From Octopus sinensis (Eukaryota): a stretch of 64,000 nucleotides of DNA. Numbering within the stretch: position 1 is the first letter of the stretch; the number at the start of each line of letters is the position of its first letter. The stretch lies in assembly GCF_006345805.1 (NCBI RefSeq), contig NC_043007.1, positions 55,614,001-55,678,000 on the forward strand, written 5' to 3'. Below, piece after piece: positions 13,101-25,975 of the stretch. Under the pieces are notes generated by a model. The model made no database searches and was not told the DNA's origin. It saw only the letters and a list, made by a program, of their open reading frames with translations. A program made the position numbers and the translations under genes.

Positions 13101-13842
13101 GGTAACGTTCTTCTAACATTATGTGCCATGTTCGTTGCACTTTGAAAAAGTGGTAGTTCACTGGCGTATTTTGTGTCTATCTATGACTTTAACACCTCCG
13201 TTGAGTGCTTTCTAGCAATTTCCTCGCTGGGAAACTGTACCTCGACGGTAGCATACCTTTTGCCTTTACCGACGTATGACGTTTCTCTCCATATCGGCTA
13301 TAAGTATTTCTCCACTTGCATGTTAGGTGCTGTTATAATTCTTTTTTCCTTTACGTTAAAATTTTTATAAATAATGGTTTTATGCCCAGCTGTGTGTAAA
13401 ACATCAGGCAGAGTTAGGACTACATTATTCCTGGCCTTCTTGCAACAGCCTTGATACTTTACTAATCCAGAAATATCTACTTCAGCTGCTTTGGAACTGG
13501 CAGCTGTAACTTGGGCGAAATTAATAGGTTTTTCCTTTGCCTTCTCTTTTTTGAATTACCAGGCAGCGCTGGGAACTCTTCCCTTGATAATTGAGAATCG
13601 TTCGACGATTCTTGACACGTCCCTCATTATATCAAACAATATTTGTTCCATAGTAAATTCTTTTTCTTTTAGACAATCGATATTTTAAAAATGGCTATTT
13701 TCGCCCTTTTAAAAGGGGAAAACACAATTATTCACCCCTCAATAGGGGAAATATAGCAGTAAAAATTCAACAAGTTCAACTATAATAATTACAACAGCAA
13801 AATAAACTTACTTTAAGCTACAACGAAGTGAACAGGTCGACG
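10105..13842 (-). mobile_element. Tx1/L1-like LINE, RT core deleted, inserted into Gypsy pol
   Basis: APE start MASLQFGCLNVRSL..TETR (12689..12949), GDF and SRSYLDR motifs (11963..12559), C-terminal segments homologous to 53856..55040. The RT core is missing near 11590. Confidence 0.92.
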
Positions 13843-13857
13843 CCAAAAAAGTGAATG
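13843..13857 (+). repeat. Target-site duplication, right copy
   Basis: ccaaaaaagtgaatg, identical to 10090-10104. Confidence 0.9.
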
Positions 13858-16230
13858 TTTATGTGTTGAAAACATTCATGAATTTATTTGGTACCACATG
13901 TATGGAGAAATTTAATTTATGGGATACGCCCATAAGCATTTTGTGCAATAATGTAAACGGAGCAGTCAAACGCTCGAAGGAGGCCGATGAACTGAAACAA
14001 AAAATAAATGAAAGAAGCATTCTCAAAAGATTTCGGAAGGTTTTAGGCTGTTGTACAAAAGCAAAAGCAAGGACTGCTATCAAAGAAAATTCAACACCTA
14101 GTTTCAGGTCCAAACGGAACATGCCGTTTGCGGCGGTAGACCAGGTCAATAAAGAACTAGAAAGGTTGGAAAGCCTGAATATAATTGAAAAGACTGGGCA
14201 GCATCGGCGGTCTACGTAAAAAAATAAGCTAAGAGTGTGCACAGACTTCTCAAGCGGATTAAACAACTGTTTACTCGCACACAATTACCTATGACCAAGT
14301 TCAGAAGAAGTATTTGCTAAACGGAGGGAAAATTATTCCGAAGTTAGACCTCTCAGAGGCATAGCTTCAAATTCAGTTAGAGGAAGATTGTACACATTTA
14401 GTAACAATAAACACGCACCGTGGATTGTATAAGTTCAAACGACTGCCAGTTGGTGTAAAAGTGGCACCCGCCATATTCCAACAAATAATGGATGCGACGT
14501 TAAGTGATTGCGACTTCACCATCGCATACCTCAATGACATTTTGTTAAAGAGCAAGAAAGTAAGTGAATAATGACTAAAACTGACAGAATAAACTGCTAA
14601 TTTTTTATGGAAAAAATAAAATACCTAGGTCAGGTAAAAGACGAAAGAGGATGCAGACCGGACCCATCAAGGGCGACGGCAATACAAAATATGCCGCCCC
14701 AGAACGTGACAATGCTACAAGCATTCCTCGGCTTAGTAAATTATTACCAAGTGTATATCCCAAATATATATAAGGTAAAGGCACCACTTAATGAATTACT
14801 AAAAATAGCCAAATGGGATTGGACAGAAAAATGCCAGAAAACATTTAACTAGTTAAAAGATGTGTTAACTTCAGACTTGTATCTTACGCATTTTGATCCA
14901 AAGTTAGAGATAATACTAGCTACAGATGCTACAGGAGCCGTGCTCCTTTACAAGGATAACAATTGCAGGAGAAAGGCAATCGCTCACACATCAAGGATAT
15001 TATTGCCGGCGGAAAAGAGTTATAACCAGATTGAAAAAGAGGCGTTGGCTATTATATTTGGCGGGAAAAAGTTCCACAGGTTCATACACGACAGACGTTT
15101 TTGGTTGCAAACGGATCATAGACCTCTAATAACGATATACGGATCGAAGAAAGGAATCTCGACACATGCAGCAAACAGACTGCAGCGGTGGGGTACCATT
15201 CCATTAAACTACGATTATAGAATGGAATATCTGCCTTCAAAAAAGTTGGTGCATGCTGATGGTCTGTCTAGGTTAATTCCGAGAAATAACGCACTGCTGG
15301 AGGACACCGTAATAGCAGCGCTAAGAGCGGAAGCAGAAACAAAATAAATGATGTGGAACATCGTGCGTGAACTACCAGTAACTTTGGAAGAAATAAAAAG
15401 AAATGCTAGAAATGACAAATTTATTAATAAAACTAAAAGAAAACTGTGGTCGACAAAAGGAAATAAAGAAAGGTCTGATGCAAAGAACCGCCAAAATGTG
15501 AGCGTGTATTCTATATGTGATGGCGTATTAATGTGCGCTCAGAGAGTGGTCATACCACAGACATTACAGAAAAATGCCATGTGGGACACCAAGGCATCAC
15601 TAGGATGAAAGCGCTGATGCAAAGTTTCATATACTGGCCAAACATGGAAAAGGAAGTTGAAAACCTGGTAAAAGGCTGCAGAAGATGTGCGCTGGCAGCG
15701 AAACTACTTATTACAAAATATGAACCTTGGTGGAAAGTGAAAATACCATGGTTCTGATTGCTTATTGATTTTGTAGGCCCTGTAAATGGATATTATTACT
15801 TAATAGTAGTGGACAGCTACACAAAATGGCCTGAGGTCGCAGGTGTAAGCGACCAACCTCATATACGGTAATAAACTTCTTACACGAGCTGTTCTCAAGA
15901 TTTGGTGTACCGGATATAATTGTCTCTGATAGGGAACACAATTTGTATCCTGTGAGTTTAAAAAATTCTACGAGATGTCCACGTTAGACTATAGCACCGT
16001 ATCACACCCTAGATCGAATGGAAGGTTCGAACAGTTCGTGGGCACTTTAAGAGAGATTTTAAAAAAAGCTAATAAGGAAGCCACGGACGAGGTCGCGATC
16101 CAACAATTCTTAAGGGTATACAAGGTAACTCTGAACCCAACTGTGCCAGAAGGAAGTTTACCAGCAGAATCAATGTTTGCTAGAAAGGTAAAATTAGTAT
16201 TAAATAAACAGTTACCAGTGAAGTAAAAAA
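13858..16230 (+). pseudogene. Gypsy pol: RT, RNase H and integrase (multiple stops and frameshifts)
   Basis: ORFs 13851..14219, 14607..14852, 14862..15347, 15533..15757 and 15975..16226 carry RT, RNase H and integrase motifs. Confidence 0.92.
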
Positions 16231-16637
16231 TACGTGCTAGTAAAGACATGCCAAAATTCTTTAGAATCAGTGATAAGTTATATGTAAGAATGTAGAAAAA
16301 TGGCAAACAATACTGGGAAGAAGGAGAAATTGTAACATACATGGGAAGAATAATGTATAGTGTAAGAAGCAGGAATGGAATGGAAAGGAGACAGAGAAAT
16401 CAGCTCAAGGAAAGAGTCGTAGAAAAAGAACCAACAAGAGTAGAAATACTGATGGATTGGCTATATGACACTTTTCATGTTCCAACACCATTACAAGAAG
16501 TCGAAACCACACGTACAAGGAAAAGGAAGAACACAAAATTCCTTAAAGTAGATCCTAAGAAGAAAAGATATTGAGTATATGAAAAGAAGGAGGAGGTGGG
16601 GGTGAATGACAGAAATTGATTGTTAAATAAAATAATT

Positions 16638-16648
16638 AAAGGGGGAGA
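16638..16648 (+). promoter_or_regulatory. Polypurine tract
   Basis: aaagggggaga directly before the TG of the 3' LTR. Confidence 0.85.
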
Positions 16649-16918
16649 TGTATAGTGAAACTGTATACCCCTTCCCGTAAAAAGTGGTAGAGGACATCCA
16701 TTATAAATAGACCAGAAGCTGGTCGTCAAGAGAGGGTCAAAAGTCGAAGAGCTGAGAGTCGACAGTTCTAGTCGGTGTCTTGTGGAGCCATCAGACAGAA
16801 GAAGTTAGTATATTAATATTCTGGTACGAATAAATACAACGGTATCCGATGACTAGTAACTATTGTGGCTACTAGCGTAAAACAGCAACTACAGAACAAC
16901 GGCAGTCACACATCACAC
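16649..16918 (+). repeat. Gypsy 3' LTR (3'-truncated)
   Basis: tgtatagtgaaactgtatacccc...catcacac matches the 5' LTR at roughly 80-85% by eye. The terminal ~20 bp are missing. Confidence 0.88.
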
Positions 16919-17025
16919 TCAAGTGGATTCCAAAGCCACGCACCGACTCTGTCTCGGGGATTGCACTATCTTCTGGTCTTGTGCATTCCGATTGTTATCT
17001 GTTAGTGTGTGTGTGTGTATGTGTG

Positions 17026-17596
17026 TAGCAGCCATATTCCTGCCCTCTATGTCACGCTGGTGAGACCCATATTGGAGTATGGGATTCAAGCCTCTTCTCC
17101 TTATCTCCTCGAAGACATACAGCACCTCGAAAGAGTCCAGAGGCTGGCTACCCGCATGGTTCATAGTCTCAAAAATTTGTCCTACGAAGAAAGGCTGAGG
17201 ACGCTCGACCTTTGTTCTCTTGAAAAACGCCGCCGCCGTGGTGATCTCATTCTCGCTCACAACATCATAAGCGGGAAGTGTAACCTCTCGAAAGAGCTGT
17301 TCTTCACTCCTGCTCCGGAGCGTCGGCTGCGGGGTCATTCCGAAAAGCTCTACCTGCGACGATTTCATCTCAATCGAAGGAGAGGAGCTTTCTCCGTCCG
17401 GGTTGCGGATCCGTGGAACAAGCTGCCAGACGAGATGGTGAAGATGCCGACGACCGCTTTGTTCAAAGCCTCCCTGGACCTCAAGTGGCCTGAACTCTTT
17501 ACATGAACACCACCCTGTACTTAACTCCATGTCCCCCTACATGGCCTTGCTATTTGCTTTTGAGGCAAATTAACTAACTAACTAACTAACTAACAT
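17026..17596 (+). mobile_element. CR1-clade LINE 3' fragment with (CTAA)n tail
   Basis: LYVTLVRPILEY...LERVQRLATRMV..LSYEERL..L..LEKRRRRGDLI...RGHSEKL...FSVRV..WN.LP, then a short UTR and (aact)n. Confidence 0.93.
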
Positions 17597-17769
17597 GTAC
17601 ATGTATGCGTCTGTGAGTGTGTGTATGAATGTCTGGCTCTATAGACTTATACATTGCTTTTAAATTTTCTATAAATTGTGTGAGAAGAAGCCAGTTTATA
17701 TATTGTCTATAACACCGTTCATAACCCTATCATATCTAGCCGTTTTTCCTATTAAAGTTGTGTTTTATC

Positions 17770-18470
17770 TGTTTTAATCCAGTCAGCGACCAATCTGTTG
17801 ATGAAGACTGGAGAACCATTGTCACAAAAATAGCCAACAATGTTATCGGCATCACCAAAACCATTAATCACAAGTGCTTTGAAAAAAAAAACAATACTGG
17901 TATCAACAACCTGATCGAGGCAAAAAAGAATGCTCATCTGGCTCATGAACAAGATCGAAGATCCAGACTCAAATAGAAGCATTTCCGGAAGCTGAAACAG
18001 GAGTCTCAAACAAAGAAGAACATCTGGTAGCAACAAAAATCAGTCAAACTTCAGGGCACATGATCTCAAAAATCTTTTTGTTGGTATGAAGAAACTATTT
18101 GGACCGGAGCGAACATCAACTGGATCTCTTCAGGTACATGACAATACAAGCATTCTGACCGATCTACAAGACATACTCCCAATCTGGAAGGAACATTCTT
18201 CCCCACTAAACAGAAATTCGAACACAGCTGAAAATCAGAATTCTGCGTGACCAATAACGAAGTCTTGGAAAGAGCCAACGGTCAAAGTATCGAATCGTTG
18301 ATCATGAAACATCATCTTCGATGGTTAGCAAGAATAAAAGAGTCAAGGTTCCCACGTCAAGTCTTATGGAGCGAACTCACTTCATGGAAAAGACCATGGG
18401 GTTGCCCTCTTCGAAAATACAAGGACTAACTCAAAAACATAACTGAAAGACACTGGACTTGAGCCTAAAT
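17770..18470 (+). mobile_element. RTE (BovB-like) LINE remnant, internally deleted
   Basis: INNLIEAKKNAHLA inter-domain segment and TNNEVLERA..SIESLIMKHHLRWL...PRQVLWSEL..KRPWG.PL..YKD C-terminus. Confidence 0.75.
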
Positions 18471-18620
18471 CGTCTGAAACAATATATATAGGCTATTCGA
18501 ACTAAATTTGACAGTTTGCATAAAAGAAAAAGAAAAACACAACATTCAGTCTCAAAATAAAAACGTATTAAAACAAATTTAAAAAAAAAATCAATTAGAT
18601 TATGCTATGTGGATAACAGT

Positions 18621-19490
18621 TTACTCCAAATAGACGCCCTTAGCTTCCACCACACCCTCAAGATGACTCCGGAATCAAGCGTATTCGTTCCTTACTGTGT
18701 CCCTAAGGAGATCGACTACATCCTTGATCATGGCCACCAACTCGAATTTAGTATTTCAGGTAGAGCAGTTGGTGTCTCCCTCAACCGCATCTCACACATA
18801 CTAATCTATGGGATTACAAACACATAGTAATTCATAGGGAATTAGGAGGCCAGAAATTGGAGTTGGGGAAGTCGTAGAAATTCCCTGACAACCACTTCTG
18901 ATTCTTTCAAGACGTATGGCAAGGAACCGCAACCTGCTGCCACAGGTATGGCCTTCTAGAAGCACCTTTCTCCAGCTAGGGTTTAACTACAGTCTCTAGC
19001 AACTTCGCATAGCCGACGGAATGGAGCCTGTTCAAAGATATGGGGCGGCTGACGTCATCTTCACTGGAGATACATACAAAGGTCATCACAGTTTCGGGGA
19101 ACTCGATTTTCATGATACTTGGGACGTCACATGGATAGTAGGCAAGCCAATTTGTTGCTCTGGGTGTTGTGCAACTGGTCAGAAGTTTTTTTCGTTTGAT
19201 AAGAACCAGATTGAGACCAGCGTAAAGGGATGACTCATCAAGTTCAGATGTTTCTTTGTCTTAATGAAGTGGGTTTCCTTTGCCTTGATGGTCACAAATT
19301 GTCTCTTGCACCTCTCGTACGAGACGGAGCAAAGGTCTTTATTTAGGAGCCAGCTTCATGATGGTGACACCAACATGCATCTCTCTTGCTAAAGCCAAAG
19401 TTCTCTTGTTCGGATCTTCAATCATATTAGCTATTGGATGAATTCCGGCGTGCAACACTTCCTGCTGGCCACGGCTTCGTAGCACCCTGT
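18621..19490 (-). mobile_element. Tc1/mariner superfamily transposase remnant of maT (DD37D, Bmmar1-like) type
   Basis: Minus-strand frames give WFLSNEK..DQLHNTQ, NWLAYYPCDVPSIMKIEFPETVMTFVCISSEDDV, LETVVKP.LEK...PYLWQQ, NFWPPNS and FRSHLEGVVEAKGVYLE-stop. Confidence 0.8.
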
Positions 19491-19497
19491 GTATATT

Positions 19498-19556
<59 letters not shown>

Positions 19557-19684
19557 TTAGAGATAAAACCACTATTAGGCAAATCAAACAATGAAAAACT
19601 TAAGCCAATACATAAAATTAATTAAATTATATTATTTTAAATATATATCAAAAGTATTAAAAGTTTAATAAAAGATAATGAGTA

Positions 19685-19760
19685 AAACACTACGATCGTT
19701 TCATGGCTGTCCAATTCGTAAAAATTCGAGTTATGGTTACAGTCAATCTTCAGGTAATTG
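19685..19760 (-). ncRNA. Type I hammerhead ribozyme in the PLE 3' region
   Basis: Minus strand: aattac-CTGAAGA-t-tgactgt...acagcca-t-GAAACGATCGTA-gtgttt. Palindromic stem III (ACGATCGT); stems I and II pair with one mismatch each. Confidence 0.75.
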
Positions 19761-20037
19761 AAATATCAAACTCTATATTCAATAAACCATTAAATATTTA
19801 TTAAAAATATATTTAGTAATAAAATATTTAGTAATAAAATGAACAACTTTATATAATCTAACTATAATTAAAAGCAGAACCTAAATAACTAAAATAAACT
19901 AATATAATAAGTACTACAAATCACCTGCTATATTTAGAATACTATTACATAAAACAACAAATAGGGAGCTAATTAAGGCTAAGAAATATTCATTATTTAT
20001 CAAGAAATTTATTATATAAGTAAAGTAACTTGTGTCT

Positions 20038-21934
20038 TCATTTTATTTTGCGCTCATCACAGATATTCAGTAAATTATCATGCTTATAAAATAAAATTTC
20101 CTTAAACTCATTAGAACATAAATAACAAAAATTCGCTCCTATACTATATGATTTAATTTTACTAATTATTTCCCAAGATATATTATAATTAATATTTTGG
20201 GATTTAAGTCCCCAAATGTACTTGCTAAGTCCAGTGGAGTTAATTAAGTTTTTATTTTTAAATGAATTCATATGTTGTGCGATTCTTAATTTTATTTTAG
20301 AGGAAGTGGACCCTATATATATTGCGTTTGAGTTATTATTATTCTTATTATTCTCATCATGTAATGTAACTATACATTTATACACTACATCGTTAATATC
20401 ACATTTATTATTTAATTTACATTTAGTTTTATCTCTACATGTACAGTTAATTAGTGTCTTCTCTTTATTATTGGTATTATTATATAATTTATTTTTATAA
20501 AAATTATTCAGTTTAAATTTGTTAAAAGAAGAAATAATGTTACCTACACTATTAGTGGTGGAATAACCTACTCCAAAATTATTACTAGAGAAAATGTTTT
20601 TATATTTACGATTATCTCGAATAAATAGTTCAATAATATCTAAAATCTCTTTAATAATGTTCCTTTTTAACTTAAGCACCATAAGGAACTATTAACCAAA
20701 TTTTATTCTTATTTTCCTTCTTCTTCTTATTAAAACTGTCATTATTATTGTTATTATTATATTTCTTTATCATATTATTATTATTATTATTATTATTAGA
20801 TTTAAATTTATAATTAACATTTAAATAATTATTAAAGTTATTAATTTTATTTTTATTTTTATACTTATTTTTATTTATATTATTTTTATTTTTATAATTT
20901 CTAATATTATTACCATTATTACTAACAAAATTATTATAATTATTATTAATATTTTTATCTCCAATATTATTAGTTATATCTTTATTTTTAATAAAAAAAT
21001 TAATATTACTATTATAACCTGCCTCTCTAAGGGTCTCATCGTAATAAGGAGCATGTTTATTAAAAATCTCTAAATCATAAGAAAGTAATGATATACGTTT
21101 ACTTATATTATAAATCAACGATTTTTTAATTGATGGTGGGTGATTACTATTAACATTTATATATCTAAGGTTCTCATTAAGTTTATGATATGGTTGTGTT
21201 TTACCTATAATTAGATTAAAATTAACATCTAAATAATTAACATTAAAATTCTCATTATATATAGTAATACTTAAACCATATCTTTTAAAGAAACTATAAA
21301 GTTTTTTCTTATATACTTCTAGGTTCCTATTAGTGCAATTCTTAGTAATTAGTAGAAGGTCATCCCTATATAAACCACCCTCTATTTTAAAATTTTCTAA
21401 TTGGAGTTCAGATAAAAGATAAATACCTACTAAATCCGTAGCTTGTGCAGAATCAGGTGCTCCCATAGGTATATCAAAAAAGTCCCTAGTATCTTTCCTA
21501 GCCCATAATTTATTTTTATATTTAATAAATGATTTCCTAGCCATTTTAATTACATTAACTTCTTCAAATGTCATTCCCACTTTGTTCATTGCAAAAATAA
21601 GGGCCTTATTAAACACAATTTCATTAATAGAAGAATAGTAATTATCTATATCTATTTGAATAAATTTATATCGATTTTTTTCTGTAATATTATTAAACCA
21701 ATTCAAAGTATCATCATTACTAAACCATAATTTTAAGTAATTAAGTTTATTTAATTTATTAATATATTTATCTAAAATAAGTTTACTCAATTTACCAAGG
21801 TCAGATTTACATGGACAAATTAATGTAACTTTAGGGTCTGAATAAAAATGATCTTTATGGTCTTTCAGAGTAATTCTAGGGTGCATAGGTACATAAGGTT
21901 CAGTTTTATTATCCAATTCATAGTTATTATCCAA
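20038..21934 (-). pseudogene. PLE RT-GIY-YIG polyprotein with a single apparent 1-nt frameshift near 20680
   Basis: Two long overlapping ORFs. Deleting one G in cct tat ggt (g)ctt aag gives the continuous sequence VPYGLKLKRNIIK. Confidence 0.85.
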
Positions 21935-22625
21935 TTCATATATATATATTCATATATATATGTATGTGTGTGTATGCATGTATGTATTTGTCCATCTATC
22001 TATCTGTGTATGTGTGTGTGCGTGCGTATGTGTATTATGTATACATGCAAGTACATACACGCATGCACACATACACATACACACACACTGAATTTTAATG
22101 TTAGCTTTGCACGAATTAATCCACTGATGTGTTAAATGGTTTAGAATATAAACAAATATTACAACTTTTTAATACATGTTTGTAATAAAAATATATAGTT
22201 TTTTTCTTCTGTTTACTATTTTTGAGTTTGTTTCGGTTAAATTACTGTGAAGTATTTACTAAATGATTCGTTCCAGTTTAACGAAGCAGAAATCTTGACA
22301 AGACTTTTGAATGAATACAGAAGATAATTAGAAAATGTACAATGGAAACACGATATAGAACCATCAGTATTATCAAAAGTGGAACACAATTAAGGATATG
22401 AGAAACTATGATGGAATCTTCTCTAGAGTTTACAAACGAGTTAGAGAGATAGAGATCTTCTTACTTTACTGTTTGTAATAGAATATTAAGCTAATGGACA
22501 ATTTAAGTGACCTCTTGCAATATCAAATCTAAGCAAACACATAATTGTGGATACGTATACAGATGGATATAAACACACACACGCACGTATATCTGCAATC
22601 TTATGCATATTCTTCATATATGTAT

Positions 22626-22696
<71 letters not shown>

Positions 22697-23014
22697 CACT
22701 TTTATGTGTGCGTGTGTGCATTTATATATATATGCACACACGAACTAAAATTATGTATTCTAGGTTTATGTTCAATAGTGGCTGACATGGTATTGATAAA
22801 TGTAGACATAATTTCAAAGCACCGACATCCTGTTGGGTCGTTTGTGCGCTATCAGTAATTAAATAATTCTCTTGCAATCACTAAGATTGTACTACTTAGG
22901 TTCACATGGTTTCTACTATAATATATATTCAGCCCCTTTTTCACGGTCATCTCGTCATGTTCGACTGTTGGACATTTTCTCCTCTATCTGTTTATTTTTT
23001 CATTCTCTCTCCAA

Positions 23015-24463
23015 ATGAAAGAGAAAATAAGGAAAGAATACTATAGACGAGTTAGATCAATACTAAAAACAGAGCTCAATGCTAAAAACAAGATAATAGG
23101 TATTAACACTTTAGCCGTCCCAGTTATAAGTTACAGCTACAATATCCTTAACTGGACGCTAAATGAACTAACCAAAATAGATAGGAAAACAAGAAAAATA
23201 ATGACAGGATCTAGGATGCATCACCCAAAATCTGACATAGAAAGGCTATATATACAACGTATAGAAGGTGCTAGAGGCCTTTTACAGCTGGAAAACTATT
23301 ATAAAATAACCACCATAGGACTGCAAAAATATCTATTTCAGTCTTCTGAAAAACATAAAATTGTTCTCAGTATTGAAGGAAGCTGACAAATACAAACAAA
23401 AAAATCATACCACCTAACAAATATGAAGAAGAAGACGAAGGAGAAGATGAAGAAGGAGAAGAGGAAGAAGAAGATGAAGAAGAAGAAGTAGAAGAAGAAG
23501 AAGAAGAAGAAGAAGAAGAAGAAGAAGAAGAAGAAGAAGAAGAAGAAGAAGAAGAAGAAGAAGAAGAAGAAACAGCAAAAGCTATAAAACAAATGAACAG
23601 CAACTAGAACAGCAACGGACCATGATAAAACGATGGCAAGAAAAGCCCCTTCATGGCAAATACTAGACAAAGAAAAATCCCAGCAATAGTTGAGAAGCTC
23701 AGGACTCACAGCAGAGACAGAGGGATTTTTAATTGCAGCACAAGACCAAAGGCTCCCCACCAGAAATTACCAAAAACATATAATGAAAAGAAATATTACA
23801 AGTAACTGCAGAATATGTGGGGATGGACAAGAAACAATAAATCATATATCTGGCTGCCCAGTCCTGGCTAAGAAGGAATATATTCACAGACACGACAGAA
23901 TTGGGACCTACATACACTGGAAGCTATGCCAACATTATGGAATAACAACAGAAAAAGATGGTATAGGCACACACCAGAAAAGGTCACAGAAAACGAGAAA
24001 GCAACCATACTCTGGGATATGTCAATACACACAGATATAGAAATTAAGGCCAACTGACCAGATATAGTTGTCAGAGATCAGGAAGGAAAAAAATGCTTTC
24101 TAATTGATGTATCAATACCAGCAGATGACAACGTGTCTCTAAAAGAAATGGAGAAACTTTCAAAATACAAAGACCTGGAAATAGAGGTAACTAGAATGGG
24201 AATCTAAAAACAGAAACAATTCCTATCATAGTAGGTGCATTAAGCATGATAAAAAAATATTCAGACAAATACATAACAAAAACACCAGGACTTACAAACA
24301 CATATAACATACAGAAAATTGCACTACTAGGCACTGCACACATCCTACGCAGAACATTTTCAATACAATAACCATCAGAGAATCACAACAAATCACAGCA
24401 CATACCCAAGGCACACAGAGTTGCGCTCGGTAGTGAAGTGAAAGCACGCTATAAAAATAAAAC
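23015..24463 (+). mobile_element. R4/Dong-clade non-LTR retrotransposon 3' part (restriction-like endonuclease)
   Basis: ERLYIQRIEGARGL, CRICG..QET..HI.SGC zinc knuckle, RHD, ILWD..PDIVV..LIDVSIP..EK.SKY..L and IPIIVGAL motifs. Ends in (GAT)n(AAT)n. Confidence 0.92.
23425..23571 (+). repeat. (GAA)n-rich expansion inside the R4/Dong ORF (about 49 acidic codons)
   Basis: Visible trinucleotide run of 147 nt. Confidence 0.95.
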
Positions 24464-24614
<151 letters not shown>

Positions 24615-25923
24615 TTTTGTATAAGCACAAGGCTAAAAACTGAGTTGGGTTGAATAAACGATTACATAGATCCTAATATTTAATTTATGCTTAACTTCGT
24701 TAACCGTAGAGAAGTCGAAAAATGAAAATTGTCAACGGCGAAATTTGTCTGCCAATGGATCGATTTTGTTAATACATTCACTTATAATAATGTTTTTTAT
24801 ATATACTGGAACAAAGCCAGAAATTTGAAGAAAAGGGAACACTCAATTATATCGAGCGCTGTATTTGAATTCACCGAAACTAAATACCAGAGGGTGTGTC
24901 GTCCAACTTTCAGCGAATTTGACAAAACATAGAAATTCATGTAATTCTTAAAGGGACATTTTGAAAACCAGCTAAGATATATTAATTTGGTTTAAGATTC
25001 AAAAGTCTTGTCTGTGGTCAGTATTGGTTCACGGTCAGATGATTAGAATTGCTTTGAAACTTATTACAGTAGCACAGAAAACATCGGGGGAGATGAATAT
25101 GATTTAATGTCTATATTCCATTAAGTACGATATTCGGATCCGTAATTCCTAGAAGCGGTGCATCATGATTCTAAATGAGGTGAAAGAAAGAAATTTGATA
25201 TGTGTATATAGTAATGAGGAAGTCGATAATAGCTGCGTTAGATTTTCTGATTAAATGCATCACTGTAATTAGTTTATTCTCTGTAATCAGAGTTTCGAGT
25301 TCAAATCCCGGTGTATTTCGAGATTTTCTTTCATTTCTCTTGTGAGGATAGAATCAATAACAGTAATGCCTGAAAACTTCTAATCCTGGTCTATCAAAGT
25401 TTTGTCTAGCACCAATGAAATAAAATAGTTTTATACAGAAGTTGGCGTTCAATATGGCGGATAGAAGTTATCATAAACGACGTATCAAATCTACTGGTTA
25501 CATAGCATCCAATCATGTAAAGAATATCTGCGAGACAGTGTGTCGGTAACTCGTATTTACATACATACGTAGAAGTCATGTGATATTAGTTTAACGTCAT
25601 ATTTGTTATAATATAGAATGTTTATGTTTCGTATCATATTTGTAATGCCATTTAGTGCTTCATTTTATCTCGATTCGGTACTGTTTAACGTTGTTTATTA
25701 TTATATCACGTATCGTGTAGTACTATTGAATTATCAATAAGCAAGATAAACGTAAACAAAAAGAAGACAATGAAAGGAGGACAAGGACGCTATCAGTAAT
25801 TTCTATGGAATCTTCGTTAAAAACTTAAACCAGAATACAAGTTCAAATATTTACTTCCCCGGGAAAATATTTTATTGGGTAATGTCAAATCATTAATTAT
25901 GTGTGTGTGTGTGTGTACATATA

Positions 25924-25975
<52 letters not shown>

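Larger units (their letters stand above)
8510..16918 (+). mobile_element. Ty3/Gypsy LTR retrotransposon (Mag-like), decayed, interrupted at 10105-13842
   Basis: Two homologous LTRs, PBS, PPT, gag zinc knuckles (C..CG..G.IKSHC), protease LDTGS, RT (KLDL, LPVGVKVAPAIFQ, YLND), RNase H (EKEALAI, TDHRPL) and integrase (GHQG..YWP..C..C, DF.GP) in Gypsy order. Confidence 0.93.
19552..21934 (-). mobile_element. Penelope-like element (Poseidon/Penelope-type), 5'-truncated, flanked by TA-rich repeats
   Basis: RT ORF 20672..21934 (IDIDNYYSSI, PMGAPDS, LYRDD, SNHPP), GIY-YIG ORF 20038..20682 (DVVYKC, IYIGST..K.RI..H) and a 3' region with an HHR. Confidence 0.93.
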
